Shown here in pieces: positions 29,038 through 41,560 of a DNA stretch of 64,000 nt; the stretch's first letter is position 1; the number at the start of each line of letters is the position of its first letter. Source of the stretch: Botryllus schlosseri (taxonomy: Eukaryota); NCBI GenBank assembly GCA_051294905.1, contig CM119371.1:3660001-3724000 (forward strand), written 5' to 3'. Under the pieces are notes generated by a model, which ran no database searches, was not told where the DNA came from, and saw only the letters and a list, made by a program, of their open reading frames with translations. The translations under genes and the position numbers were made by a program.

Positions 29038-31278
29038 CAGTGGTTCTCAACCGCTGGTCCGCGGACCGGTGCCGGTCCGCGACGACATTCCCGCCGGTCC
29101 GCCAGACATATTGCAATTTTATACCTTAATTTCAAGATGCAATGTTGAAGGCTTGTCTATTGGTGAAATAAATGAAACATCAAATTCTAAACTTATTTAG
29201 AACTTTGTGAGGTAAGATTAGGGCTAGAAACATGTTCGATTTGACTTGAAGTTCAAGACATGTCTTTTAACGACATGCGAGCGACAAGGACAAAACAGAT
29301 ACGAGCTGACTCATCGCTAAACAGCGCGGTTTGTGCGATCATTCGTTTTCGATTCATTCGTTTCGTGCAGGACCATCACAAACCGCCCAATTGGAGAGGG
29401 CCGAACTTAAAAAGGGCCCAAAATTATTTTGCAAGTGAACATATTACATAGCGTATTTAAAAAAACTAAATGTCTTGCTTATTAAGTGACCTTCTCCGTG
29501 ATTTATAGAAATAGGCATTTCGGAGTCAGCCATTACCGCGCCACGGCGTAATAACACATAATGAAGTTTTAGCTATCACGGGACTCATAGCATATATCAT
29601 AACATATATCATATCGTAGTTTTAAAAAACTTTTTCCAACATTTTTCAATTTCTTTGCGCACTTTGCGCGATTTGGCGTCACTAAATGGCTTGCTTTTAG
29701 GCGACTTCTCCGTGATTTATAGAAATATGCATTTCGGAGTCAGCCATTACCGCGCCACGGCGTAATAACACATAATGAAGTTTTAGCTAACACGGGACTC
29801 AGAAATGTGTGCCGAAAACTCGCCAGCGAGAAAACCGATTCAGTTATGAATGAGCGAAAATTTTCGCTATTGACTTGATTAAGCTACGTAGACCAGGGGT
29901 GGCCAGCCTGCGGCCGTGGACACGTAATTCAGTTAGTATGTGTTGACGGCCATCGACATGCAATTTGAATTTACGAATTAACTCCTGGTTTCTCGAGAGA
30001 TTCAACGTGACATCATTTTCTTCTTAAATATAGTAGCGTCCTTTGCAATCAGATCCCTGCAGCACAGAGGCGAACAGCAGAGGAAAATGATGCGCCTCGT
30101 ATAGAAATACCAACTCGGAATCGTGTGCTCCGCCCTATACTGACAGTCCTGATGGGAGGACAAAAATAACAGCATGTAACAAAGTGACTAATAACAATTG
30201 GCCCAGCCGAAGTTACATCATCATTTATAACTTGCCCTAAATTTTCGAAAATACCCCCTCCAACAACTCTACCGGTGAATCAGATCACGTGTGTTGAGAA
30301 AGGATAAATGATTGATCAGTAATTGTGAAACTACTAATATTGATGACGAAATTCATCAGCGAATTGGAAAATTTTTCACGCTTCGCGCGACTGTCGACAA
30401 TCCCGTGGCATGACCAGTGACCACTCGGCATTTCGGTGCGTAGAGTAAGCATATGTCATTAAAGAGATTAGTACTGAGTGTACGGGAAATACACATATAC
30501 AGTTTAACATGGGTATATGGCGTCCAGCTAGTTTATTATGACTACGCCCTGGAATGCGGCCGTAGGCTACATGAGCACTTGAGCAGTCGCAATGCGGCCG
30601 TGAATAGCAATAAAGTTGCATGGCCACCACTGACATAGACTCTCTGCTTACACTGAGTAGAAGGAATGTGCTCACAAGTACAGGTAAAACAGGCACCCAA
30701 CTGTGGGGTCTGGGGGCGAAGCCTCCGCAAGTTTGGCTCATCACCCTGTGGCGGCCCAAGACCGACGTTTTTTGGGGTGGGCGGACGAAGTGCTTTTTCG
30801 GCCTGGATTTGCGGATGGTCGGTATAGCTGCTGTAAGGTGTCTTAGTGCAGCGCATTTTATTTGTAGTTGCCAGAGTAGCCTGCGTCTGGTGATAGTGAG
30901 CATGAGCAAGGTAGCACGGCAAGGTGCTTGGTTCGACTCCGAAACGCGTCTTCTGTTGATATTGTCCCACAGAAGAATATTATTCGAGTTGGCGTGGTCG
31001 GTTGAACGACCTTCGCCACGAAAAACTGTTAACGACTCTCGGCGGTAGCACGTTTATTTGGACAATAAGGCATTTATACCTCGACACAGCAGACTCATGA
31101 AGATAATAGTTGATTAGGATCAAAACCTTCTAAAAGTCACTCTCTAGCATCATATAATTACAAAAAACGGTTGCATATTTAGATTTTGGCTTCATTTCAG
31201 TTTTAAAGGTTCACCGGTCCGCAAGACATTTTTAGAAATTTTACCGGTCCGCGAGGTGAAAAAGGTTGAGAACCACTG
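29038..31278. mobile_element. hAT (Charlie/Buster-like) non-autonomous element
   Basis: TIRs cagtggttctcaacc ... ggttgagaaccactg with a perfect 8-bp TSD ttctataa (29030-37, 31279-86). An inverted partial copy lies at 7226-8200. Confidence 0.92.
29894..30632. mobile_element. hAT-like MITE nested within the 29038-31278 element
   Basis: TIRs caggggtggcca ... tggccaccactg; TSD acgtagac/acatagac. Absent from the paralogous host site at ~7885-7900. Internally similar to 58534-59395. Confidence 0.88.
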
Positions 31279-31421
31279 TTCTATAAGACTCGATTCAAGT
31301 CTTGTGTATTAGTAGCGATACTTATAACATAGGCCTGAAAACTGTGTTTACCTGTAGTCATACATATGTTAAGAGGTAAAAGAATGAGTATATCATGGTT
31401 TTTACTGGTGGTGCCGACAAC

Positions 31422-32293
31422 CAGTGTTGGGATGACTCGAGTCACTTTTTTCGTATGACTTGACTTGAGTCGAGTCACTTTGCATAAATGACTTGACTTG
31501 ACGTGTCAGAAATGTGGTTTGACTGGTGACTCGAAGCAAAATTTACGAGTCAATATCAAGTCATCGAGTAACGGTGTCAAAAAAAATCACTGATCTTGCA
31601 TATATTCAAATTGTTCTCGATACGCTGGTGTGACCTGTCAGGGTGAGCAATCACTCAATGATTTTGCATTTTACCGAGCCTCTCTTGTTCGATCACATAT
31701 AAATTGAACGCAAAAAGTGATCGGAGCTCGTAACCTAGCAATAAAGTAATGTAATGGCAAAGCATATATCTTTTTACTATATATTGCTAAATGTGGTCGG
31801 TAGCCATCATCACCAAACCTCTTGTATTTTAATGAAGTTTTCAAGTTTATATTACTCGTCAGCCATTGGTACAGGCCTAAATTGTATCTCACGGATGTGT
31901 TTGTGGCTAGTGCATTCCATCTTATCAATTTGTTTCAAATTTCTGAGGTTTTCCATTCTCTATTTCAGCTGATAATTATAGACTGAGGCTATACGGTTAT
32001 TTCAGGAGTTCAACAGTTATATGTATGCGACGGGCGATACCAAGCATTTTTGAACGTACATTAAACTATCTATTCGTCCCCCGGTTACAAATAAATGGCA
32101 ACTTTCAAACAGCTATCAAAATGCAATGACACAATTACTCTTTGTACTTAGAAAATTCAACTTGACTTGAATTATGACTCGACTTGACTCGAGTCACATT
32201 CGGAAATCGATTGACTTAACTTAACTCGAGTCAAAATGTGCAATAACTCGAGATGACTTGTGACTCGAATGTAGTGACTTGATCCCAACACTG
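31422..32293. mobile_element. hAT-like non-autonomous element, second GACTC-lattice subfamily
   Basis: TIRs cagtgttggga ... tcccaacactg; TSD ccgacaac/ccgacaat (7/8). Paralogous empty site at ~34825-34860. Fragments at ~42186-42400 and ~58288-58440. Confidence 0.88.
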
Positions 32294-32659
32294 CCGACAA
32301 TACGCCACTATTCGGATCTGAAATCATTGATTTGTCAAAAAAATGCAATTTATGATTTACTCAGTTTGAGCCTCCTCATGTATCAGTCCGGCATTGATGT
32401 TTGTCAGATTCCGACTGATCGGTTGAGATTGTCGTGCAAACGTCTTTTAAGGGAGAAATCTTGATGCACCAGAGTAACAGCCTCTCAGATGAGATGTTGT
32501 GTATGATGATCATCTGACAGTCCACTGTAATAAAATCGAGAGTGGTTGTATAAAGTAAATTCAGTAAATTTATCTATCTATAGAAAGCAGAACACCCGAC
32601 CACATTCATCTATTTTATATAGCGTACGGGCTGAAATGGTCAAGTTTTCCTCGGTGTTA

Positions 32660-33560
32660 CTCAGGTAGAAGTGACGTCATACATTTCTACTCAAGTACAA
32701 TTAGGGGTAGCGATTTACAAGTAACTTAAAAGATGAATGCCAGTTTTGCCAACAAAACTGATAACTGTTCATGTAGAAGAGTAAGTAGTTCAAATTAATA
32801 ACCACTCGAGTAATTAGTACTAGTATTTAAAAATCATTTTGGATTTTAGTACTGCAATAAATTAAAATGACTTCATTACTGGCCACCGCTGCTCGCAGAG
32901 GACCAGATTCCGTTTTCTAGTTTATTTCCCGTCCAAGCTTAGCATTGGTTGTGTGTGCTTGAAGCGATATGCAATGTATTTTGAATATCGGCTGCTACAT
33001 CGGCATGATCGGCAAAGGTGTAGTTATTGGTTTGATCGGTAGCTGATGAAATATCCGGTAATGGTCAGGCTCTAGTTCAATACACAATGGCAGAGGACTG
33101 ACTTGTACACCCTACACATTTTCAAAACTAGCATATATACCTACTTAATTTTCAAAACTAGCAACCATACCTACTTATTTTTTCAAAACTGGAACTACTT
33201 AATTTCCAAAACTAGTATCTGGACTTACTCATTTTTCAAAATTCGCCACTAGAAATAGAACTATAATTACTCAATTTTTAAAAATTAGAAACTCAAGCTA
33301 AAACTGGAACTACGCTCTTTTCAAAATCAGTAACTAGACCTAGAACTACCCAGTTTTCAAATCTAGCAACTAGAAGTAGAACTACTTAATTTTTAAAACT
33401 AGTAACTAGAATTACTCGTTTTCAAACATTCGCCACAAGAAATAGACTTACAATTACTCTATTTCTAAAAATTAGCAACTCGAGCTAAAATTGGAACTAC
33501 ACTCTTTTCAAAATCCGTAACTAGAACAAGGATTGTCTACTAGCACTATCCCTACTGAAT
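32660..33560. repeat. Local duplication, paralogous to ~43625-44365
   Basis: Shared non-periodic block gcagaggacc..ttttctagtttatttcccgtccaagct..caggctctagttcaa.acacaatggcag, followed by the 30-bp array. Confidence 0.8.
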
Positions 33561-33660
33561 TTTTTTCCTCAAAATGAGCAACTTGAACTAAAAGTAGAAC
33601 TATTCTCTTTATAAATCCATGACTAGAATTATAACTACTTTGTCAAAAATTTGCACTAGG
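33115..33660. repeat. Degenerate ~30-bp tandem array (aactagaactac..ttttcaaaa)
   Basis: Visible periodic units. A paralogous array lies at 44020-44365, and short inverted pieces at ~21330, 25550, 43370, 45420 and 54160. Confidence 0.8.
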
Positions 33661-34908
33661 CTACCAACATAAGTGGTTACGATTTTAGACTAATTCAAAT
33701 TCTAATTAAGAGTTTTCAGTGTAATGCAAAGTATGATCGGAATAATTACTTGTTTACTGGGAAATCACTGTAGCCCACTTGTACTTGAGTATAAATTTAC
33801 GACGTTACTTCTACTTGTTTACCTACGGGCTGCGGCCTGCAGCTATCACAATACTATGTCCAAATGAACCATTTTGTCTACGAGAGAAGTAAAAGAAATA
33901 TCAATTTTTTCAGCCAGTCTTAGAATCGAACAATCTCTCACCAATATGCTGTTTGATGATTTCTTCGAAACTAACCAGCCTGCGTTCTTGTAGATACTTC
34001 ATCATCACTCTACGGATACTGTAATGAAATGATTCCCTTCAATGGCAGGCAAATACACAAAGACCCTGCATTGTAGTTAACAGACCGAATTAGCTACTGA
34101 ATTATACTCAGTTTATACGTAGTGCGGGAGTATAATGTAATAGACAACATTGCGATAGGAATATGACTTCCTGTTACAATTATTCCGAGTCTTTACAAGT
34201 GCATGTAACACGTGTTGTGAGACGCATTTGCTAAACCTACTTGCATTGCTGTTCGGTCATATCGATTACTATCGAATGTCTTGCATTTTAATGTCGGCTA
34301 CTAATTTTCCTCGCTTTCAGCAGTTTCTGGTTGCATTTTCAAGTACGAATAGTGTGGTCACTTTACTATTCTTTGAAATTACAATGAAATGTCGGTCTTG
34401 GCCGTTTGAGTCACGTGTCATACGACTTGGTTCGAGTCATGCCCAATGACTCAAGTCCAAGTCAACTCAATTTACAGATTGACTTAAGTCGAGAAGATAA
34501 ATTTCCGTATTCTGAGAAAATGACTCGAGTCAAGTCATCAGAAAATCGTGACTCGAGTCATTACAACCCTGTTGTTAGTTGTCGAGTCGGACTCGAGTCA
34601 TTATCTTGAAAATGGAAAATGTCTCTACTCGAGTCAGTTTGTGTTTTGAATCGACATATGCTCGAGTCATCGACCATGGCTCGGCCAACTCATGTGACTC
34701 AAGACATTCTTCTCGACTTGATCCAAGTCTCACCTACTAATACTTGAAAAACAGGCCCAGAACTGTGTTTTATCTAGTTTAATAAGCAATTTACGAATGA
34801 CCAACATGGGTATATCACCGCTGTTACTGGTGGTGGAGAGAAAATAACAAATATCAGATCTGGAATCATTGATTTCTTTTCAAAAATTCAAATTCATACT
34901 TTACTCAC

Positions 34909-35074
34909 TTTTAACCTACTCAGTATGTCTGTCAGCCATTTATGATGTTAGTCAGGCTGCAGCTGATCGGTTGAGATTGAAACACAATTGGCTTTTATGA
35001 TGAGCTTATGATACATTGGAGGAGCAGGCCTTTACATGATATAATATGTGCGATCATCTTCTGCTTGCAATCCA
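34909..35074 (-). pseudogene. Degenerate exon of an unidentified gene, with a paralog at ~32363-32524
   Basis: Bounded by ttttgttacag| and |gtgagt. Translates GLQAEDDRTYYIM*RPAPPMYHKLIIKANCVSISTDQLQPD*HHKWLTDILSRLK. The second copy shares the acceptor and the TCTCAACCGATCAG core. Confidence 0.45.
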
Positions 35075-36191
35075 CTGTAACAAAATCAAGAGTGTTGGTG
35101 TGAGGTAGAATCAATGAACCTGTCAATCTAGAACAGGTTCTTCGACCCAGGTATTCCTACAAGCAGATGTGGTATATAGAGAGTTAGTCAGATCAGAGTA
35201 CTCGAATGTGAATCAAGTATTAATTGTGATGAGAGTCGACTAGTAAAATTATGCACGGTAGTCGTTTCATCATATATTATTTCCACTAACATACTTTTGA
35301 AGGACTATTTCGGTATGCTCTTAACGAGCAATCGAGATTCAATGCTTCCGCAGTGTAAAAAAATATTATTACACCGTAATTTTTGTTGATGACCTCCTGC
35401 TGGTAACTAGTCCAGGACTAGTATGAGTTAATTTATCAACAAAAATTATTATTTTTATAATATTGTATTTCTCGAGTCACGATTTTCTGATGACTCAAGT
35501 CATTTTATCAAATTGTGGAAATAACTCGACTGTGTATTGACTCGACTTGGACTCGAGTCATTGCTCATGACTCGAGACTCAGAAGGTCAAGACCGACATT
35601 TCATTGTAATTTCGAAGAATAGTAAAGTAACCACACTATTGAGATTTCTTCTATTGGTTCTGGTACTTGAAAATGTGACTAGAAGCTGCTAAAAGTGAGG
35701 AAAATGAGTATATTATAAATGCGAACCATTCGATATTACCAGACAGAGTTATAAAATGTTGATTTAATCTGACTTGAACTGGAAACTGAGCAGTCAACGC
35801 AATGACTTGGACTTGAGTCATAATATCATGACTCGGACTCGACCCTCTGCTCGCTGACTTGGACTCGGACACGACTCAGTGGTGAATTGAAAACGACTCG
35901 ACTCGATACCAAATCAAAACTATAAAAGTAAGATTGACTTGTGACTCATAGCCTTATGACTTGGTTACAACTATGCCTCGGAAGGTATTTTGTTATTGAA
36001 TAGTACACAGAATTGTACAAGCTTAGGCTACAATTTAGGTAGTTGCCGGAAACTAACAACCGGTTTTTGAGTAGTTTCAACTTCCAGTCGCGTATTTTAA
36101 AAAGTGAGTCGTTTTAGTTCGAATAGCGCATTTAAAATGAAAATAAAAATAAAAAAGGGAAAATACATGTCATCGTTTGGCCCAAATCAAT

Positions 36192-36260
36192 CTTTTGCAT
36201 TTTCGTTCTTTTCCACTTTCTTCCATTCTATTGAGCCGAGACCTTTAGCGGCTTGCGTTC
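36192..36260 (-). pseudogene. RBM28: Orphan partial RBM28-like exon (GTQAAKGLGSIEWKKVEKNENAK)
   Basis: Shares the acceptor (ttttctgtgtag), the upstream intron and the first ~23 codons with the exons at 19285-19440, 39609-39752 and 49125-49268, then breaks off. Confidence 0.75.
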
Positions 36261-39049
36261 CTACACAGAAAACTACATATGGTCAATGACGTCAGCATTG
36301 TAATTTTGTAGAACTTTCGATAGGTCAATCGGAGGTGGGTTGGCTACTTACTAAGTTGCGTCACGACTTGGACAAAAAGAAAATTTTAAGCTTTTCTGAA
36401 TTAGATTAGAATTAGAGCTACACAAGTTTCTCCAAATTAGATTAGAATTAGAGCTACACAGCTTTTCCAAATTAGATTATAATTATAATTACTGATTTTG
36501 CAAAAATTGTCTATGGGCCTACACCAAGCCTGGATCGTTTTTTACTATACCAGGGGTCACCGCAATTGCCGTCGATATGATTTGAGATTTTGGAAGTACC
36601 GCGAAATAAAGCATTTTGAGATGCTAAAATTGATTTCAGTTTTCAAATTATGATTGCTGTTGTTTCAAAATAAGCTATTCACATGTGCCCAACAACACTA
36701 TTCCACACTAGCTGAAACAGCTTCTGCGATGGCAACAGCATTCCCTAGAGGGAGAGTCTGCTTATATCAATAAGCATACTGTCTTGACGTGCAATGGCCC
36801 AGAGACTGCCATGACAAAGCGCCCCAGGACGTCCCCACAAGATCAATGTTTAGGATGAGATAGTCTTTCGGATTAGATTAAAATTAGATTACTGGCATCT
36901 GGCAGTTCCCTCACTTCTGCCTTGAAGTGACATAATGAAAGGTGTTGATAGAGAAAACCCACTTCAAGTGTTTGGAAAGCAAAGTCACTCTTTAAAAACC
37001 AGTGATCACCTCTCTTTACGATTTTTTGGGACAGGTTTCTCTCTCATGCCACTTTGCTAACACACAATCAAAATGACAAATCCCGTTACCAGTGCTTCAT
37101 TTTATATGTCACACCACATTTGCAGGATGTTGTGGAAGTAAGAGATATTTGTATCGCGTAAAGTTCAGGGAATGCTTCACGTAAAATTTCCATCTAAACT
37201 GCATGACACATATCTTATTACCTTGTAAGGTCTGAGATAACTGAACTCCAACAAACCTGTCAGGTATCGTTCTGGTCGCCTGATTTGGGCACACTAGCCG
37301 GTATTTGCTTTTCCGTCTTTTTTCTTGAGTGACCGAATCTTCCGACGAATATTATCTTGAAACGACGTCGGTTGGGATTTTATTGAGTATAGGAATCATT
37401 TGAGAAGTCATTTCGTTTTTTAGCTTCCTTTCTGTGAGAAATTCCGCTGTACGCTGTTCTTTGATTTCAGGAGCTATCCTAGAATGTAGGAATCGGTTAA
37501 TATGATCGAGAAATACAGGCCTCGTATCATGATATCTTAATATATTTTCAGAAATAGCACCAATGCTATTAGAGATGTCAATAGTTTGGAGCAGTGGTTC
37601 TCGCAGTTTTTAGAGCGCGACCAAATTTTGTGTTACTTTACATTTCGCAACCCAAGATTCGCACACAGTAGAAATGCATTTCTGACGCAAGTAAGCCCAT
37701 GCAACTATTTTACGAGCATGTATGAATCCGACAAGGTGCAGACAAAAAGACGATCGATATCGAAGTACGCTACCTATACTTTTCCGGAGTACTCAAGTAG
37801 ATTTGATTAGATCTGCTAACAATATTTAGGCCGAACCACTTACTTTTTCGACTTTGGATTATGCAAACTAGAAGTTGGTTTTGGGATAGGTTCCGAGCAC
37901 TTTTACCAATAAATTTCCATAACGGTTCACGTAGCGTCTGTATCATGGTCATTCAATTTATTTTCAAAAATGACACCAATTATTGAAAATATTTCTTGGC
38001 TCATTTTCAATTCGGTATTTTGCATTATCAGTGCTGCAAATTAACCACAATCGACAACACACGGCATGCGATTTATTTAGTTAGTTGCATATCTTCAAAT
38101 GTCGTGGTTCGAGTTCTAGTTGCACATCTGAAAAATCCAGTGGTTTGAACTAGTTTGCTGATTTACATTATTTTAAGAAGTGTGTAGGCCTATACCAGTG
38201 ATTCTCATTGGCTAAAAGATGATCAAGTGTTGTCAAGCAGGAATGACGGCAGAAAATAAAGCAGATAACGATCAAATTTAATGTCGGATATAATATTGCA
38301 AATATCAGCATCAATAGGAATTTTACCTGGTTTCCAATGAAACTTCAAGACTTGACCTGTGACTGGTCCAAAAATGTCGCGATTGATGTTGAAACTTCTC
38401 AAAGATTTCAAAGCGTGTTCGATTGTCTGTGTGTGAATTTGGTGAATGCGAATCAGAGCTATCTTCTAACTTCTAACATGTACGCTGGAATTCTTCCGAT
38501 CTCGTATCACTCGACATTCCGTGATAACTACACCGCGCCGATCTTAGCATTGGAACAGAAGTCCCTGAAAACATGATCGCGTCAGTTTATCGAAGCACTC
38601 ATAAGGTAAACGTGTTAGTCAATAGCAAGGAAAAGCTATACAGTCGAGTATGCTATTTAGAAAATTTCGTTTTGCCTCCTTTTGGCAAAAATAAGCGGAG
38701 ACACTGCTTTGTCCAAATTAACCGGAAAATCAATTGCCCTCTTATGGCAACCCGGTGAACCCTTACACTAATCTGAAAGCCTTTCGTGAACCCCATATTT
38801 TTGTCAAGTCACCAAAAAACCTATCAGAATACACATCTAATGCGTTACTATAGAACTCTAATGAGTGCGGAATGACTTATGCATCAAGCTTCGGTGGTAA
38901 GAAAAACAAAACTGTTAAAACATGATCATCTCACAAAATACAAGACTGTAAATCAGTGTGACTTCTGTCCCATGAAACTCGAGACTGGCTCAGAGCAAAC
39001 TTGGAAAACTAAATAATTATAGGTATCCAATCACACCAATTAGAGGAAA

Positions 39050-39500
39050 TTACAGCAATCTAATTATAATATACTTTGTGAAGTGTTCCTTTGCTGTAAT
39101 TTCAATTCTAATTCAGTTCGTGGAATGTTTCTAACCTCGCGTTTAAATTCTGATCAAATTTCTGGTTTTCCCAAAAATGCTACAGGGAACTGTATCGTGC
39201 GAATCGAGTCAAGCTCGCTGTACAGACCGTTGTCGTTCTCATGCTTATGAGGCTGAGGTCTGATTTAATATGAACTGAGCTTCATTTCATGTCCAAGTTT
39301 TCGCGAATTAAGTGATTCTAATTCCAATCTAATTTTGGAAAATTGTGTAGATCTAACTCTGATTCTAATCTTAATTTGAAAAAAGTCTAGTAATAATTAT
39401 AATTCTAAATCTAGTATAGTTTGTAAAAAAACTGTGGCTTTTAGCCATCATTCTATTTCCAATCTGATTTTGAAAAGTTGAAAAAGATCTAGTTGTTCAA
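39050..39500. repeat. Dispersed repeat with attctaatctaattt motifs
   Basis: Related blocks at ~18800-19190, 36390-36500 (inverted), 48860-49010 and 61790-62260. Three of these lie in the same RBM28-like intron. Confidence 0.75.
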
Positions 39501-40666
39501 ATGTTGCTCATAGAGCCCCTGAAGCTATCGTGTGAAACCCCGGTTAGGAATCATTGCTTCTAGATAGCCTAATTGGAAAGTACGTTAATAGTTGTGATTA
39601 TGACATACCTACAAGTTTTTGACACATCTAGGAAGATTGTGAGCACAAAGTCGAATTTTGCGTTGCATTTTTCAGTTTGACCCGCTTTGCATTTTCAATC
39701 TTTGCAACATTCTTCCATTCTATTGCGTTGAGACCTTCAGCGGCTTGCGTTCCTACACAAAAAATCACAGGTGGTCATGAAGTCAGCATCGCACTTTTCT
39801 ACTAGTGGTAACCATAGATGGCTGGTACTTTCTAAGTAGCTTCACGCAGGGTTGTTGATTCTACTTGAGTAATTTCTTGAAATGACTCGACTCGAGTCAA
39901 TTTTTGTATTGACTCGACTTGAACTCGAGTCATTGCGTATGACTCTAACCAAGACACATAGCTCAAGACGGGGACGGCCAAGACGGACATTTCATTGTAA
40001 CTTCGAAATATAGTGAAGCCACCGCATCATTGGTATGTCTTCCATTAGTCCTGATACTTGGAAAATACGGCCACGAGCTGTTAGGACTGAAGAAAAGTAC
40101 GACATTCTATAACACTCGAGTAGAAGTGAAAAAAGTGGGTTGAATCGGATTGAACTCAAAACTGAACAGTGAACACAACTACTGTGTTTCCATGCAGTGC
40201 CGACGAACGACCAAAAGGCCATGACGCATGCATTGTACATGTCGGCGGTGTTTCCATGACCAGGCCTAATCCAACCTGTCTTGGCCGAACAAGACTGACA
40301 TATGTTCGTTTTTATCTTACTTATTCGCTATGAATTTTACCACATCACAAGATTGTGATGAAATGACTCGACAGGAAGGAGCCGATACGACTAGAATCGG
40401 CCATTCAATCAAACTACCCACTTCGACCTGGAACATGTAGGTAGGCTGAAATTAAACATAGAAAAATGGTCCGGGAATGAATGTTTGGGGTTGCAACGCC
40501 TTGCATTTCAAGCTCGAAAGTCCGTCTTTTTGAAATGCTGATTCTATCTCCAATATTACTTAGCTCATTTGCAATTCAGTAGTTTGTATTACAGTGTTAA
40601 CAGTTGTTAGTTCGTTGTGTTTGAATTAGTACGGCATCAGATTTTCGAAGGTCGTTAGGTTTAGAT

Positions 40667-41560
40667 CAGAGGTTCTAAAACTGGGGGCGTGAAACCATCT
40701 GAAGAGAGGTGCGAAGCTGTGATCAATTAAAAAAAAATTCGCGCTTTGCGCAGTTTACCTCCAATTCCATATTAGAGGATTCTCACATCAACAGTCATAA
40801 CTAGGGCGATTTTTGTTACATGTCAAAAAATGTCACAATTGTTTACAAAGTTATATACAACTTTTTTGCAATCTGCATTTCGTTTATATTGTAGATTTCG
40901 CAGTGTCAGTGCACTTATCGTCTGACATTTACCGCTTGCAGCCTACTTTATAGGCCTACTGTTGTAGACGGCTCATTGTCTGCTCATTGTGAATCATAAG
41001 CATTCAAATGAAACAAATAGGTTGGCATGGTGATATGCACAACGTACCGCAATAACCTTGCTGAAGCAACACTGCGTGGGCAATGCATGGTACTTATATA
41101 AATAAGCGTTGTACTTCTAAACATTTCAATTATTTCTACCATAACACGTAATGTTACTACTGCAATGCTTCATATGGCCAGATTTCGTTAAAACAAATTT
41201 TTTCATGTAAAATTTTTTCAGTTATAGCGGCAAAATAAAATTTTCAGGATGAACTACTTCGTAAGAACAAACAGTTCCGATCAGAGGTGAAGATAAGTAG
41301 TACATTTCTAGCGTTATGTGGGAAAACAACTAATTTGTATACGCTAGATCAAATTTGGTCAGTTTTTTTTAGGTGGAAAATGTCAAAATTTTGATTTTTA
41401 GGTCAAAATCTTTCGATTTTTAGGTAAAAAATCCCTGATCAATACCATCCATGCCATCAAACTGTCCGCTGGGATTGGCTGCGTTCTGATTGCGTTTGTG
41501 ATATGACGATAAGGGGGTGCAAAATTTTACAATATCAAAAAGGGGGACATATTAAAGATC
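40667..41560. mobile_element. hAT-like MITE carrying a nested insert (~40802-41440)
   Basis: Its ends match 12651-12963. The extra segment tagggcgattttt ... aaaatccctga interrupts the aacagtcataac|c..catgccatcaaac junction. That insert recurs at ~49570-51871. Confidence 0.7.

Noticed and set aside
29492..29801. ~96-bp near-perfect direct repeat suggesting LTRs
   Set aside because: It is internal to the hAT element and has no TG..CA ends, primer-binding site or coding interior. It is a simple internal duplication.
30376..31048. Overlapping 142-177 aa ORFs, and similar ones at 7473-7937
   Set aside because: They lie in the GC-rich interior of a non-autonomous hAT element. Some cross a nested-insertion junction, and none shows a recognisable domain.
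33115..33660. CRISPR-like repeat-spacer array (also considered for the GACTC lattices)
   Set aside because: The units are degenerate and contiguous with no unique spacers, there are no cas genes, and the context is eukaryotic.
38337..38576. Plus-strand ORF that is also open in the paralog at ~48129-48323
   Set aside because: It is the antisense shadow of the RBM28-like exon E, and it is broken in the 17.4-kb copy.
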